Counted from the first letter of the stretch, positions 36,747-46,741 are shown. The stretch: 64,000 nucleotides of DNA from an uncultured virus (IMG/VR IMGVR_UViG_3300010157_000035) (IMGVR_UViG_3300010157_000035:1-64000), one strand, 5' to 3'. Made by a program: numbers and translations. Notes: generated from the sequence alone by a model not told the origin.

Positions 36747-37490
36747 TTATCGTGGAGCAAAGTCCTGTTGCAGTTTAATGTTGTCAAAGAATTCTTTCTT
36801 TGTACCTGGATCTGTATTAAATGATCCTTGTAATACAGTTGTCTGCGTTAGACTTGAATGTGCCATAATGCCACGGTTTTCACAGCAACCATGTGTGGCT
36901 TGAATGTAAACACCGACGTTTTCTGAGTCTGTAGCTCGCATAATTTCACGGGCTATGTCGTTACACAGTTCTTCTTGTAGGGTTCCACGACGACTGCACC
37001 ACTGGGCAATACGTGTATATTTTGACAGTCCAATGAGTTTGTTGGCTGCAATGATTCCGATGTAGGCAACACCAGCCACAGGCTGATGATGATGGCTACA
37101 CATACTACGAAGCTCACTCCTAACCACCAACATACCTTCATAACGATCCGGGCTATCGTTTGGAAAAGCTGTTGCATCGGGTGCTGGTTCATATCTTCCT
37201 GCCATTATCTCATTAAAATACATCTTGGCCAGTCTACGTGCTGTGCCTTGGCTATTAGGATCCGTTTCTCGATCAATTAACAATCGGTCTAGCACTAGTT
37301 CAAATGCTTCTGCGGCTTCATCAATTAAGATTTCCTTATCACCTTCAAATAGGTAGTCACTGATGTTGTCACCGGCCCAAAAACGTTTCTTATCGCGCTT
37401 CATTGCAAAACGAATTGCGTCTCCAAGATAACCTTCTTCGTATTCCTTGGTATCCATCACATCCAGTGCTGTTTCATTTTTTTCTGTCAA
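36747..37490 (-). CDS. folE: GTP cyclohydrolase I
   Basis: SMCSHH, IGLSK, LQE, HGCCENRG. Confidence 0.95.
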   Translation of the reverse strand: MTEKNETALDVMDTKEYEEGYLGDAIRFAMKRDKKRFWAGDNISDYLFEGDKEILIDEAAEAFELVLDRLLIDRETDPNSQGTARRLAKMYFNEIMAGRYEPAPDATAFPNDSPDRYEGMLVVRSELRSMCSHHHQPVAGVAYIGIIAANKLIGLSKYTRIAQWCSRRGTLQEELCNDIAREIMRATDSENVGVYIQATHGCCENRGIMAHSSLTQTTVLQGSFNTDPGTKKEFFDNIKLQQDFAPR

Positions 37491-37498
37491 TTTTTACT

Positions 37499-37564
37499 CT
37501 CCGAGTTAGGGTCGAGGATGACCAGTCATGTTGATATTGTAACAGGTATTTAGATTTAAATCAA
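37499..37564 (-). promoter_or_regulatory. promoter (TTGATT-17-TACAAT) and compact 5' UTR hairpin/pseudoknot over the folE SD
   Basis: GGTC-ATCCTC-GACC-CTAACTC-GGAG. Confidence 0.5.
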
Positions 37565-38139
37565 TGGTTAAATGTAATTTTTCTGCAATCAGGATAGATT
37601 CCAGGTTGTGCTTTTGGTTCGATAACGGGCAACAATTCCAATCCCTTTGCACACAATTCCAAGGTAGGGCAGTAATGCCAACCTAGTATTAGTTCGGTTT
37701 CTTTTTGCCAAGGTAAATGCAGGTCACGGCCATCTGAACGTTGACGACTCATTATGCGATATGCTTCAGGATCATCAAGCAGTATAGCACCCATCTTTCC
37801 TAATTGTAATGGTTTGGTCCATCCAAAACTGAGACACTGCATTGAGCCAGGTCGATACATGTTTCTTTCCAGTCGACGGGCACTGTCCCATATACGAGTG
37901 TTTATAAAATGATATTCGCCGGTCCAGGCCTCGTCAGTCATGGTGTAATCTATGCCCAGATGAGTCAATGCCATTGGTACGCTGAGATAGGTGTAGGCAG
38001 AAAATTGACATTCTTTAACACCCTCATACCGCATACACAGTTCGATGGCATGGGTGCAACCATCAGTTACAACCACATAAGGAGCACCGGTGTATTCGGC
38101 CAATGCCGATTCAAAGTCAAACAAGGTCTTAAAGCTCAT
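37561..38139 (-). CDS. short DegT/DnrJ/EryC1/StrS-like PLP protein
   Basis: FESALAEY, CTHA, SFGWTKPL..GKMGAI; much shorter than the usual family length. Confidence 0.65.
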   Translation of the reverse strand: MSFKTLFDFESALAEYTGAPYVVVTDGCTHAIELCMRYEGVKECQFSAYTYLSVPMALTHLGIDYTMTDEAWTGEYHFINTRIWDSARRLERNMYRPGSMQCLSFGWTKPLQLGKMGAILLDDPEAYRIMSRQRSDGRDLHLPWQKETELILGWHYCPTLELCAKGLELLPVIEPKAQPGIYPDCRKITFNH

Positions 38140-39083
38140 TGATCGTACCAGGTCCATACGTGTTGTATGATATCAGTTAATCCAAATCGTGGTTGCCAGC
38201 CACTTGCGGTCATAAATTTGTTGGCATCTGCTATCAGTTGAGCTGGGTCGCCTGCACGTTTTGGTCCGTGTAGATAAGCAATGTCTCGTTTCAGCACAGT
38301 AGATGCTGCTTGTAATATTTGTAAATTGCTATGGCCTTGGTTGGTGCCTAAATTGTATATGTCTGATTTGACAGCAGGGTCAATGGCCGCAATATGTGCC
38401 TCGGCTAAATCTTCTACATGGATGTAATCACGAACGCAGGTGCCATCTTCGGTAGGGTAATCAGTGCCATACATGGTAAAGTCGCGGCCGTCACGCACAC
38501 TTTCTAGTATGCGAGCCACAATGTGTGTAGCACCAGGTGCTTGTCCATGACGACCTTGACTGTCGGCGCCACACGCATTAAAGTAACGAAATGACACAAA
38601 GTCCAATCCATAAGCCTGATGATAACTCTTCAACATCCAATCGGTCATCAACTTGCTTTCGCCATACGGGCTAATAGGTTCAGTAGGATCGACCTCCTGT
38701 ATCGGAGTCATGATAGGATTGCCATACGTTGCGGCACTTGAACTAAAAATAAATCTGGCACTGATCTTGTATTGTATCAACCGATCCAATAGCCGTTTAG
38801 TTTTGACAAAATTGTTGTCGTAGTATTCGGCAGGATCCTTTACACTGGGACCTACTAAACTTGTGCCTGCACAATGAATGATAGCATCTGGATTAAACAA
38901 CACAATCGAATCCAGCGCAACATCGCCGCTGAAATCTCCGGTGAGCCATTTGGCACCTGAGTCAAGTAACCGCTCACTGGGCACGACACGATCAATTGCG
39001 TAGACACTGTGCCCAGCATCTAGCAATTTAAGAACAGTTTCACCACCAATGAATCCAGCACCGCCAGTTACAATTACTCTCAT
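38136..39083 (-). CDS. galE: UDP-glucose 4-epimerase
   Basis: TGGAGFIG, FSSSAATYG, YGESK, FRYFN, DGTCVRDYIHV. Confidence 0.9.
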   Translation of the reverse strand: MRVIVTGGAGFIGGETVLKLLDAGHSVYAIDRVVPSERLLDSGAKWLTGDFSGDVALDSIVLFNPDAIIHCAGTSLVGPSVKDPAEYYDNNFVKTKRLLDRLIQYKISARFIFSSSAATYGNPIMTPIQEVDPTEPISPYGESKLMTDWMLKSYHQAYGLDFVSFRYFNACGADSQGRHGQAPGATHIVARILESVRDGRDFTMYGTDYPTEDGTCVRDYIHVEDLAEAHIAAIDPAVKSDIYNLGTNQGHSNLQILQAASTVLKRDIAYLHGPKRAGDPAQLIADANKFMTASGWQPRFGLTDIIQHVWTWYDQ

Positions 39084-39826
39084 ATATAATTTTTTCTCAG
39101 CAAAAACGGTATAATAATTTCATTGACAAATTTTTCGTTGTGCTCAGTGGTAGGATGATCATCGACTCCCCACTTGCACGGAAAAAATGGTAATCCTGTG
39201 TCTACAGCCCACTCATATTGTCCGTTAATTGGCAAAAACTGATCATGATCAATTTGATTGTATAGATGTGCTGTATCAGCATGTCTTAAGATTTTATTTT
39301 GAAACAACTTATTTTGATTATAAAACACAGTTCCCATATACGTAGTCATAAAGTATCGAATCTTATGTAATTTCAAAAACCATTGCACTCTAAGTATGTG
39401 CTCATAAGTGTAAATGAGTGAACCTATATCGTCATGGAATGTGCTGTAATAGGACTTGGCATAATGATTTTTCCAATGAGCATTTAGTATAATCCATTTT
39501 TTATTTGTAGTGGGTGATAAACTTGTGTGGAGATAATCAGGATGATCATCAATATTTTTATCATTGTTATTTAGATAAAAATCGTGTCTATCTGGACCAC
39601 TCCACATGATACCAACTAAAATATCCGAAGCGTTGTTGGTTTTCAAAGTCTCAGTAACTTGATGTATGATCTTTCTACTGATCATTCCATTTCCTTGAGA
39701 CTGAAGGGCTGTGTTTATAAATGGCACATCCAAATGATCAGCTAGTTGAACTGGCCATTTTCTTGGAGAATTTTCATCAGGCATTGTAAAACTGCAACCA
39801 CCAGTGACCAATAGCTTGGTGGTCAT
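39080..39826 (-). CDS. SGNH/GDSL-like protein
   Basis: TGGCSFT, SQGN, WSGPDR, DDHP. Confidence 0.6.
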   Translation of the reverse strand: MTTKLLVTGGCSFTMPDENSPRKWPVQLADHLDVPFINTALQSQGNGMISRKIIHQVTETLKTNNASDILVGIMWSGPDRHDFYLNNNDKNIDDHPDYLHTSLSPTTNKKWIILNAHWKNHYAKSYYSTFHDDIGSLIYTYEHILRVQWFLKLHKIRYFMTTYMGTVFYNQNKLFQNKILRHADTAHLYNQIDHDQFLPINGQYEWAVDTGLPFFPCKWGVDDHPTTEHNEKFVNEIIIPFLLRKNYI

Positions 39827-41061
39827 CCTTCAATTTTCCTTACCGGATACTTGGATTGACTCACATGGTCTCGATATCTGTTGCCAGAACGATTCCACTT
39901 GGTAGCCTTGCATTCTGCAGAGCCTTCCACAATAGTACCAGCAGTTTCAATAATGTCACAGATACGATCAATGCTTCCATCGTTCCAATCAGAGATCAAG
40001 CCCATGTTGTGATGTGGCGTTTGCAACAAGTTTTCTAACTTGTGATACGCATCATCTATTGACCAAGGAACGTAGAGCCTGTTAGGATCATCTGCAAAAG
40101 TTTCAGGGAAACTGCGATAAGCAGGATATAGAACGTTGGCTCCGAGGGTATCTGCTTCAGACACAGTGTTCGAGACCCAATCTTGTAGAGCACAATTGAA
40201 CAGCACACGAGTATCGTTAAGGAGAGCATAGTAGTCGTTCTTGGTTAAGTTTTCATAGATTGTCAGTTTGCCTTCACTAGCTAACTGACGAGCACGAGCC
40301 ACATACTCAGGATTATTACTGCGTAATGGGCCACCCGAGAACACAGCAAATTCAATATCCTTTTGACGGCCTTGAATGTAATACATTTCAATCAAGTCCA
40401 TAAAGAAGCCTGGTTGTTTCTCTTGGTCAAAGCGGGCAGCAAAGCCCACACGCATCTGACGCTTGTTAAATGGCTTGATATTTTGAACGCCACCAATACG
40501 TTCTAACACTTCTGCCTTGCCAAATGCTAGGCCACTAATATTATATATAGGAGCACTCCATCCAGCAATCCGCATATGAGCAACCATTTCTTCGTTTGTG
40601 GCGAGAACTCCTGTAACAAACTCATTAACCATTTGTTCGTAGAGTCCCATCCATCGTGCCATACCCCATACATGTACGAAATCATCAGGATCAATGGATT
40701 GAGCAAGACAGCGAACAAACACACGAGGCCGAGCATTTTGAGGGATCTGGTCCATAATATAAGGTAGACTCTCGATACCGGGTTGAAACATGTCTTCAAA
40801 GTAGATAACATCTTCATGTGTGACTTCTCCATTACGCATCATTTGAACTAGATTCATCATTTGGCTCATGCCAAAATAACTGCGGCCATGTGCATCTAGC
40901 ACCTGTCCTACACTGATACTTTGTGTGTTATCAATGGTAGTGCCAGGAACATAGACTACATCTAGTCCACGTTGATCAAACACACGTCGATTCCACTCAG
41001 TCAATTGTAATGTGTAACGGGCTTCGTAACTTTCCAGGCCCATGTAAAATAATTTACGCAT
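39823..41061 (-). CDS. GT-B fold glycosyltransferase
   Basis: ARFDQEKQP and C-terminal EA...GA..L.P..RSFPE pattern. Confidence 0.65.
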   Translation of the reverse strand: MRKLFYMGLESYEARYTLQLTEWNRRVFDQRGLDVVYVPGTTIDNTQSISVGQVLDAHGRSYFGMSQMMNLVQMMRNGEVTHEDVIYFEDMFQPGIESLPYIMDQIPQNARPRVFVRCLAQSIDPDDFVHVWGMARWMGLYEQMVNEFVTGVLATNEEMVAHMRIAGWSAPIYNISGLAFGKAEVLERIGGVQNIKPFNKRQMRVGFAARFDQEKQPGFFMDLIEMYYIQGRQKDIEFAVFSGGPLRSNNPEYVARARQLASEGKLTIYENLTKNDYYALLNDTRVLFNCALQDWVSNTVSEADTLGANVLYPAYRSFPETFADDPNRLYVPWSIDDAYHKLENLLQTPHHNMGLISDWNDGSIDRICDIIETAGTIVEGSAECKATKWNRSGNRYRDHVSQSKYPVRKIEG

Positions 41062-41770
41062 TGTAATACCTTTCTTCCAATAGTTCTAAAATTTTATCGG
41101 CTATCTTGCGATGTCCTTGATCGTTGGGGTGATGGGTTTCGTCATAGTCAACACTGTCATCTAGTAATTTACTCAAAGCCGTTTCGGTATATGGCCAATC
41201 TTTACTTAATTCTCTAAGTTTTTCAAACGCACGAATATATTCTTGAGAATAATATGTTTTTTTTGGATACTTCTTGTTTACATAATTATAAATATTTTCA
41301 GTAGATTGAAGCAACCCCAATTCTTCCAGTTCTCTGTCCCAACATTGAACAAAAATATATGGACAGTTGAATTGTTTACAAAGTAGATCCATGGTCCATA
41401 TGTCTCGATAATATCTATATACACTATCTACTTCATTGTAACAATGCTTAATTAATATATTTTTAAGTTGCTCATTGGCCTCGCTACCGCGATCATTGCG
41501 AGCAACACTAGGACTAATACTCCATGCACCAAAATTTTCAGCAGGCACATGAAATCGATTATGAGCCGTTAATGCTATTATAATTAAGTCTGGTTTTAAT
41601 CCAAAAATAAGTTGATTTCTTAAACAATCGACTATTCTAGAATTACTACCACATCCCATAGCTTCATTGTAACAAGATTTGTTTATTTTTTTAGCTACTA
41701 CATTGGACCAAAGAGTTTCCAGTTGTAAATTTTTATTCCAAGTCCAACTGTCGCCGTTGACATACAGCAT
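41054..41770 (-). CDS. SGNH/GDSL-like protein
   Basis: VNGDSWT, GCGSN, ETHHP. Confidence 0.6.
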   Translation of the reverse strand: MLYVNGDSWTWNKNLQLETLWSNVVAKKINKSCYNEAMGCGSNSRIVDCLRNQLIFGLKPDLIIIALTAHNRFHVPAENFGAWSISPSVARNDRGSEANEQLKNILIKHCYNEVDSVYRYYRDIWTMDLLCKQFNCPYIFVQCWDRELEELGLLQSTENIYNYVNKKYPKKTYYSQEYIRAFEKLRELSKDWPYTETALSKLLDDSVDYDETHHPNDQGHRKIADKILELLEERYYNA

Positions 41771-41994
41771 TATCGACGAATACCTGCAAATCTACGAGCA
41801 TCTTCGTCCCACATGTTCTTGGCATGTTTGCCCTGTGCAAACTTGTTATACTGTTGCCAAGCATAACTGCGAAAGTTGTATAAATCTTCTTCTCGATACC
41901 GGTAGCCGTAGTCCTTACAGAATTCCAAGTAGTTTGACAAATCTTCAAAGGCTTGAAGGGCTCGGGGGTTTGTACGATATTGGGATTTACCCAT
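41770..41994 (-). CDS. hypothetical protein
   Basis: AAGGA SD; 74 aa. Confidence 0.7.
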   Translation of the reverse strand: MGKSQYRTNPRALQAFEDLSNYLEFCKDYGYRYREEDLYNFRSYAWQQYNKFAQGKHAKNMWDEDARRFAGIRR

Positions 41995-42005
41995 GATAGT
42001 TCCTT

Positions 42006-42449
42006 TTAAATTACGATTGATTGAGCAGGACGGGTGAGATTATAAGCGATCGAACATCCGTTTTCACCGTCCTCGGACACTTCAATTGTAACACAACGAC
42101 TGGGATAACGTGCAGCAATTTGGACATATAGGTCGTCTGCAATCATTTCACAGCTCTTGTAGTTGAGTTGCAACACACCGTCTTTGTATAAGTTTTCCAA
42201 CCAACGTTTGAATTGAATAAATTCAATGTCTCGATCATTATGGAACACATCAATTGACACTTTAAAATGGAATATGTGACGATGCGGACTAGCCAAAAAG
42301 CTAACATCGTATTCATCTCCGGTGGCCAGTTGTGGATCAGTTGCTGCCGCCGGATAGCAGTGAATGCCTTCTTTTCGGAATGTAACCCAAATTTGACGAC
42401 CTGCGGCATCTTTGATGCGTTCAACAGTTTCTCTTTGTTCTTGTATCAT
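42006..42449 (-). CDS. dpdL: QueD-like T-fold protein, DpdL-type (putative CDG decarboxylase)
   Basis: LASPHRHIF matches LxxxHRHxF; SCEMIA; VSEDGENG. Confidence 0.65.
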   Translation of the reverse strand: MIQEQRETVERIKDAAGRQIWVTFRKEGIHCYPAAATDPQLATGDEYDVSFLASPHRHIFHFKVSIDVFHNDRDIEFIQFKRWLENLYKDGVLQLNYKSCEMIADDLYVQIAARYPSRCVTIEVSEDGENGCSIAYNLTRPAQSIVI

Positions 42450-42778
42450 TTTTGCAATAACTCCATAGTTACAATTTTACCAATTGATTCTGACAAGTCT
42501 TGGTCAGAAGTGACGATATGTAATTTGACACGACTTTCGTCTTTCCGTTGATCATACCAACGAGTTTCAATGATCGTGCCACCATTGACAGCCTGCACAC
42601 TGAACCTGATAGGATCCGGTAAGTCGATTTTGTTGGTCTCATCATCACAGATGGCAAGAGAACTAGGCACGGCACCACGTCCTCTTCGACGAACCTTGGG
42701 TTCTTCCTCATATCCTCTAACGTCGCGATTGAAATCCCAACCCCATTTCATCAAGTTTGACCATAACCATCTAATCAT
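42446..42778 (-). CDS. hypothetical protein
   Basis: translationally coupled ORF. Confidence 0.7.
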   Translation of the reverse strand: MIRWLWSNLMKWGWDFNRDVRGYEEEPKVRRRGRGAVPSSLAICDDETNKIDLPDPIRFSVQAVNGGTIIETRWYDQRKDESRVKLHIVTSDQDLSESIGKIVTMELLQK

Positions 42779-43314
42779 TTTATTACCTCATCTTGTGTGT
42801 ATTTAGACCAGTCTGTAAACACTGATCGTTTTTGCAAGTCGTGTAGGCTGTGACACCATACTCCGGGATTGGTTGCTCGAAAGTCCTTGTCGTCCAGTTT
42901 AAGTGTAGCATTATAACCCAATTGATTGATGTAGGGCAACTTTACTGAAATCATTGGAATAAAGTTATGGTTCTCGGTCAATCCACTTTCCAACAGGCCT
43001 TCTACACAAGTGCTATCAATGTCCAAGGTACATAGAATGTTACGTTCCAATACCGAATGAATCATAGTTTCCCACGGAGCCCAGCCTGCACCATCGTTTA
43101 CCGCAAGACAAGGGAAACTCATGTTTGCTCCAAAATACACATGTTCAATATGTTGACTGGTATCTAGTAGTGCGCGAGAATCCCGTACTATTTCAATAAT
43201 TTTATGATAGTCTTGAATACCAACTACAAATAGAGTTTTCTTACCGTAGGCAGGAGTATGTTCAACTTCGGTGCCAACAAAAAATTTAACATTATCATGC
43301 TCGGGTCTATTCAT
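42775..43314 (-). CDS. hypothetical protein in the dpd cluster
   Basis: 179-aa coupled ORF. Confidence 0.75.
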   Translation of the reverse strand: MNRPEHDNVKFFVGTEVEHTPAYGKKTLFVVGIQDYHKIIEIVRDSRALLDTSQHIEHVYFGANMSFPCLAVNDGAGWAPWETMIHSVLERNILCTLDIDSTCVEGLLESGLTENHNFIPMISVKLPYINQLGYNATLKLDDKDFRATNPGVWCHSLHDLQKRSVFTDWSKYTQDEVIK

Positions 43315-44368
43315 TATATAATTCCGGAAAAATTGAACGGTGATTTTGATTTGTTAGTTGATCAAATTCTTCATACCGAGGAAGATGTGTAGTTTTTCTT
43401 TGACTTTGAGCCAAGTGTATTTGATCTAGTAATCTTTTTTGCAGCGGCATTGGTAGTTGCTTACTGTATTCAATGTTGTTGTGATTTACAGATTGTAACA
43501 CATTTTGCCCTACAAAGTCAAATCCATGCCCTCCAGATTGGCTAACAATAAAAATATTGTCCGGACCTGTGTATTCAAGCGCAACATCAATGGCTTCACC
43601 GATGCCAACAGCACTCAATGGAAAATAAACCATATTTGTTTGGATGTCTGAAAAATCTCTGGACAGTTGTTCTAAATTAGATTTAAACTCGGTCCAAACA
43701 GCCCCATTGCGAATATATTCGAATCGACAACCAGTGCTCTCAAAACTAACTATAAACGTTACGTTAGCAAAGTTTTTTAACAGTTGGTAAATTTTATTAT
43801 TGCGAATTGATGTTAAATTGGTTGTCACTTCAATTTTGATAAATGGATTGATCTTTGACAAACGTTCAAGTAAATCAAAATTTTCTTTAATCAAAAACGG
43901 TTCACCGCCAGCCAATTGCAGAAATTTCAAATTGATTAGATCTACGTCACTGACAGTTGGAAATATTCGAAACTTTCGAGTCACTCCTTTGAGTTCGGCC
44001 CATTTACTACTCCAACTGGGACCACAATACACACAATTGAGATTACAGGTATTGCTCCAACGCAGATCTAAATGCTCCAGTTGAAAAGAATCAGCACCGT
44101 TGAGGTTATGAAAAAAATTGTCGTATTGATATATGCTTCTACGACTATTGACATCGCCGCTGGCTTCTCGATCCCAACAGGTTTGACAACTTGGATGTTG
44201 TTTATCGTCAATTACAGATTTTCTTATATCTGTAAACACAGGATTATTTTTGACATCCTTAAACTGTTCAATCGGCACGGTTGCTGTGTTAATGCAACAT
44301 ACTTTACCACGGCCGTCGGGATCTAAACTTAATCCTGCCCATGGTGCTGCGCAGAAGTTTTCCCTCAT
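43307..44368 (-). CDS. radical SAM protein with N-terminal SPASM/twitch-like domain
   Basis: FCAAPW..CC, CNLNCVYC, AGGEPF. Confidence 0.85.
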   Translation of the reverse strand: MRENFCAAPWAGLSLDPDGRGKVCCINTATVPIEQFKDVKNNPVFTDIRKSVIDDKQHPSCQTCWDREASGDVNSRRSIYQYDNFFHNLNGADSFQLEHLDLRWSNTCNLNCVYCGPSWSSKWAELKGVTRKFRIFPTVSDVDLINLKFLQLAGGEPFLIKENFDLLERLSKINPFIKIEVTTNLTSIRNNKIYQLLKNFANVTFIVSFESTGCRFEYIRNGAVWTEFKSNLEQLSRDFSDIQTNMVYFPLSAVGIGEAIDVALEYTGPDNIFIVSQSGGHGFDFVGQNVLQSVNHNNIEYSKQLPMPLQKRLLDQIHLAQSQRKTTHLPRYEEFDQLTNQNHRSIFPELYNE

Positions 44369-46047
44369 GATGCTTCGAGTTGATCTAATTTAGATTGATC
44401 AAACTCGATATCTTCATCTTCAACTTCTTCAAACAATGCATTAAACTGACTGTGTGCATTTTTGGCTTTTTTGCCTTTGAATCCTCTAGTGCCTACAATG
44501 TCCATCCAATAACGATCATAGTGTTCGATAATAGCTTCGGCTTCGGCGCGATCTGCGGTGGCAAAAATAGCATCTACTATGTCTTTGAAACGAGCATGGT
44601 CTCCGTTTTGATTCCACATCATAGCCGGCCATGATCCGTTGTCATATTCACGGTTGGCACGTTGAACTGCTTCGAGATGCATCCAAACATTATGGCCCAT
44701 CAGTAGTGCATAACTGAAACTATCCCAACTAGTCTTGCCTTCTTTGCCAATCTTGTTTAGGTCACCTGGCTTGTAATAACAAATGTCCTTCATTTGCAGT
44801 TGTAGGCTGATCGGACTTTCATCAAAATGATCAATCAGTCTATCGGCTACCACTGCCTGACCAAATGGACGAGTATCTGTGCTGTATTTCTTGTCGTCTA
44901 CAATAGGACTCATTCTATAGCACCATTTGTCGTTGTGCGGAAGATCGATATGATGATATACCTGACCATTTGCCGTAGCCAGGAACGGTGACGCACAGTC
45001 GAAACTGATGGTAAATGCTGGATTCACATACTTACGCACAGCTCTTTGGATGTCTGTTAGTAATACTGCCCACTCTAATTTACTTGTTCCTAAGAAGTGC
45101 ATCCAATCGTGAATGCCTTCTTGAAGTAATCCATCGTGACGCAATGCCACAAGTCTACGCAATACCAAGTGAACGTCACACATGTTCTGCCCACCCATGC
45201 TCCAACCATCAAAGTGTGTGTCAGGATACATGTTGGGATCACAATAGTGCTTCATTGTGTCATACCAACGATCTGCATCGGCATGGTTGGCACCTTGTAA
45301 CACGTTAAGCACTTTCATGCCACCATTCCGAGCACCTTTGCGATGACGCATGTAGTAGTCGTTGTTATACTTGGTGGCCGCTACAGCCTCTTCTAAGGTG
45401 GTAATACCACAGGCATCGCTGGCTTTCTTGTCATGAATAACCCAGGTAGGAATATCTAGTGTCATTCCGTAGTTGGCAATTCCGTCTAACCATTTGAGCA
45501 CAGCTTCACGTTTCTTCTGTGCGGCATCCAGCAAGTTCTGATAATTTTTTGCATGATCGATCTTGACATACTTGATATTACCATTTTTGTCATGCTTGGC
45601 TGTGCCGTCGGGTTTGAGATCTGGCACGTGTTCAATACCCTTGGCCCGAAATTCGGCCATCTTGGTCACAACCTCTGAGCTAGTTGGATCACGCCACTCG
45701 CCTTCCCACAGGCCCTTAGCAATCTGGAATCCACCTGAGTCACCTAGCATTAATGTGCCTGGTTCACGGTTACGCACCATGTCTTCGGACCAGTCTTGCT
45801 TAGTAAGATCCAAGTTGGCGTGACCACCTGAATACAAACTCCATCGGTATGGAAACAGACCTTTAGAACTATTAAGCCAATTCATCTGTTCCATGTCTTT
45901 CATACCAGCTGGCATACGTGCTGGGTCTACATAAGGACCGTTTACAGGATCGCGTTGTTTGCCTATGTAAGTGGCATAGAAGCCTGATATAGCCGGCAAA
46001 AACACAGCGTAATCGTTTTGTTTAGCAGTTAAATTATCTTGGGCCAT
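44365..46047 (-). CDS. dpdA: tRNA-guanine transglycosylase-like protein (DpdA-like DNA transglycosylase)
   Basis: GDSGGFQ, MTLD, VLQG, HFLG, SFDC motifs of the TGT fold; context with folE/queD/queE. Confidence 0.7.
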   Translation of the reverse strand: MAQDNLTAKQNDYAVFLPAISGFYATYIGKQRDPVNGPYVDPARMPAGMKDMEQMNWLNSSKGLFPYRWSLYSGGHANLDLTKQDWSEDMVRNREPGTLMLGDSGGFQIAKGLWEGEWRDPTSSEVVTKMAEFRAKGIEHVPDLKPDGTAKHDKNGNIKYVKIDHAKNYQNLLDAAQKKREAVLKWLDGIANYGMTLDIPTWVIHDKKASDACGITTLEEAVAATKYNNDYYMRHRKGARNGGMKVLNVLQGANHADADRWYDTMKHYCDPNMYPDTHFDGWSMGGQNMCDVHLVLRRLVALRHDGLLQEGIHDWMHFLGTSKLEWAVLLTDIQRAVRKYVNPAFTISFDCASPFLATANGQVYHHIDLPHNDKWCYRMSPIVDDKKYSTDTRPFGQAVVADRLIDHFDESPISLQLQMKDICYYKPGDLNKIGKEGKTSWDSFSYALLMGHNVWMHLEAVQRANREYDNGSWPAMMWNQNGDHARFKDIVDAIFATADRAEAEAIIEHYDRYWMDIVGTRGFKGKKAKNAHSQFNALFEEVEDEDIEFDQSKLDQLEAS

Positions 46048-46741
46048 TTAAATTATCGATTAGTTCATGGTACCAGCGATCTACTAACGCAAGCATTTCG
46101 GCTTTTTTTGATCGCACGATTTCATCGCTTGGTGTAGTTGTCTTCCATTGATTGTATAGAATTACTACTGCAGCTAATTCTTCTACAGATAGATCGTGGT
46201 TGATGATATTGCAAATTTTTGTAAACTCTGTAACAAATGTTTCTTGACTGCTGACTATATTTTTAAGATTTATTTTAAAAATACCAGGATCCTCTAACAT
46301 TCGTTTATATTCGTTAAACCAATTTATAGCCTGAAAAGACTCTTTTATTTCGGCACTTACAATCATCCAATTCCACATGTTAGTAGAGTCAATACAGAAA
46401 ACAAATAACTTATCATTTTTATCAATGTATCTAGCAATTTTATTACTAGGATGTTCGACTATAACTCCAACCTCGCTATCTTTAACAGTATGGTTGAACT
46501 CATTACAACACGCTACAAAATGATGTTCCCATCTCGACCAGTTCAGTCGATATTTTCTATCTTGATTTGGATAATTAAGAACATCCGTGTATTTCAATTG
46601 ATCGAGTTTTTCATCAATACCAGTGGGCATCAGAGAGTCTCTAGGTTGCCAAACATGAAATCCTGTTAACAAATTTAAACATCTGCTGATAAAATTTCCG
46701 GCTGATCCTGGTAAAAAATTTAAAACTACAAATCGCTTCAT
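46034..46741 (-). CDS. P-loop/sulfotransferase-like hypothetical protein
   Basis: FLPGSAGNFI motif shared with the N-terminus of 51128-53002. Confidence 0.45.
   Translation of the reverse strand: MKRFVVLNFLPGSAGNFISRCLNLLTGFHVWQPRDSLMPTGIDEKLDQLKYTDVLNYPNQDRKYRLNWSRWEHHFVACCNEFNHTVKDSEVGVIVEHPSNKIARYIDKNDKLFVFCIDSTNMWNWMIVSAEIKESFQAINWFNEYKRMLEDPGIFKINLKNIVSSQETFVTEFTKICNIINHDLSVEELAAVVILYNQWKTTTPSDEIVRSKKAEMLALVDRWYHELIDNLNGPR

Noticed and set aside
44365..46047. Ordinary bacterial tRNA-guanine transglycosylase (tgt)
   Set aside because: Much longer, lacks the C-terminal CxCxxC zinc site of bacterial Tgt and sits among replication and dpd-type genes; DpdA-like is preferred, though not proven.
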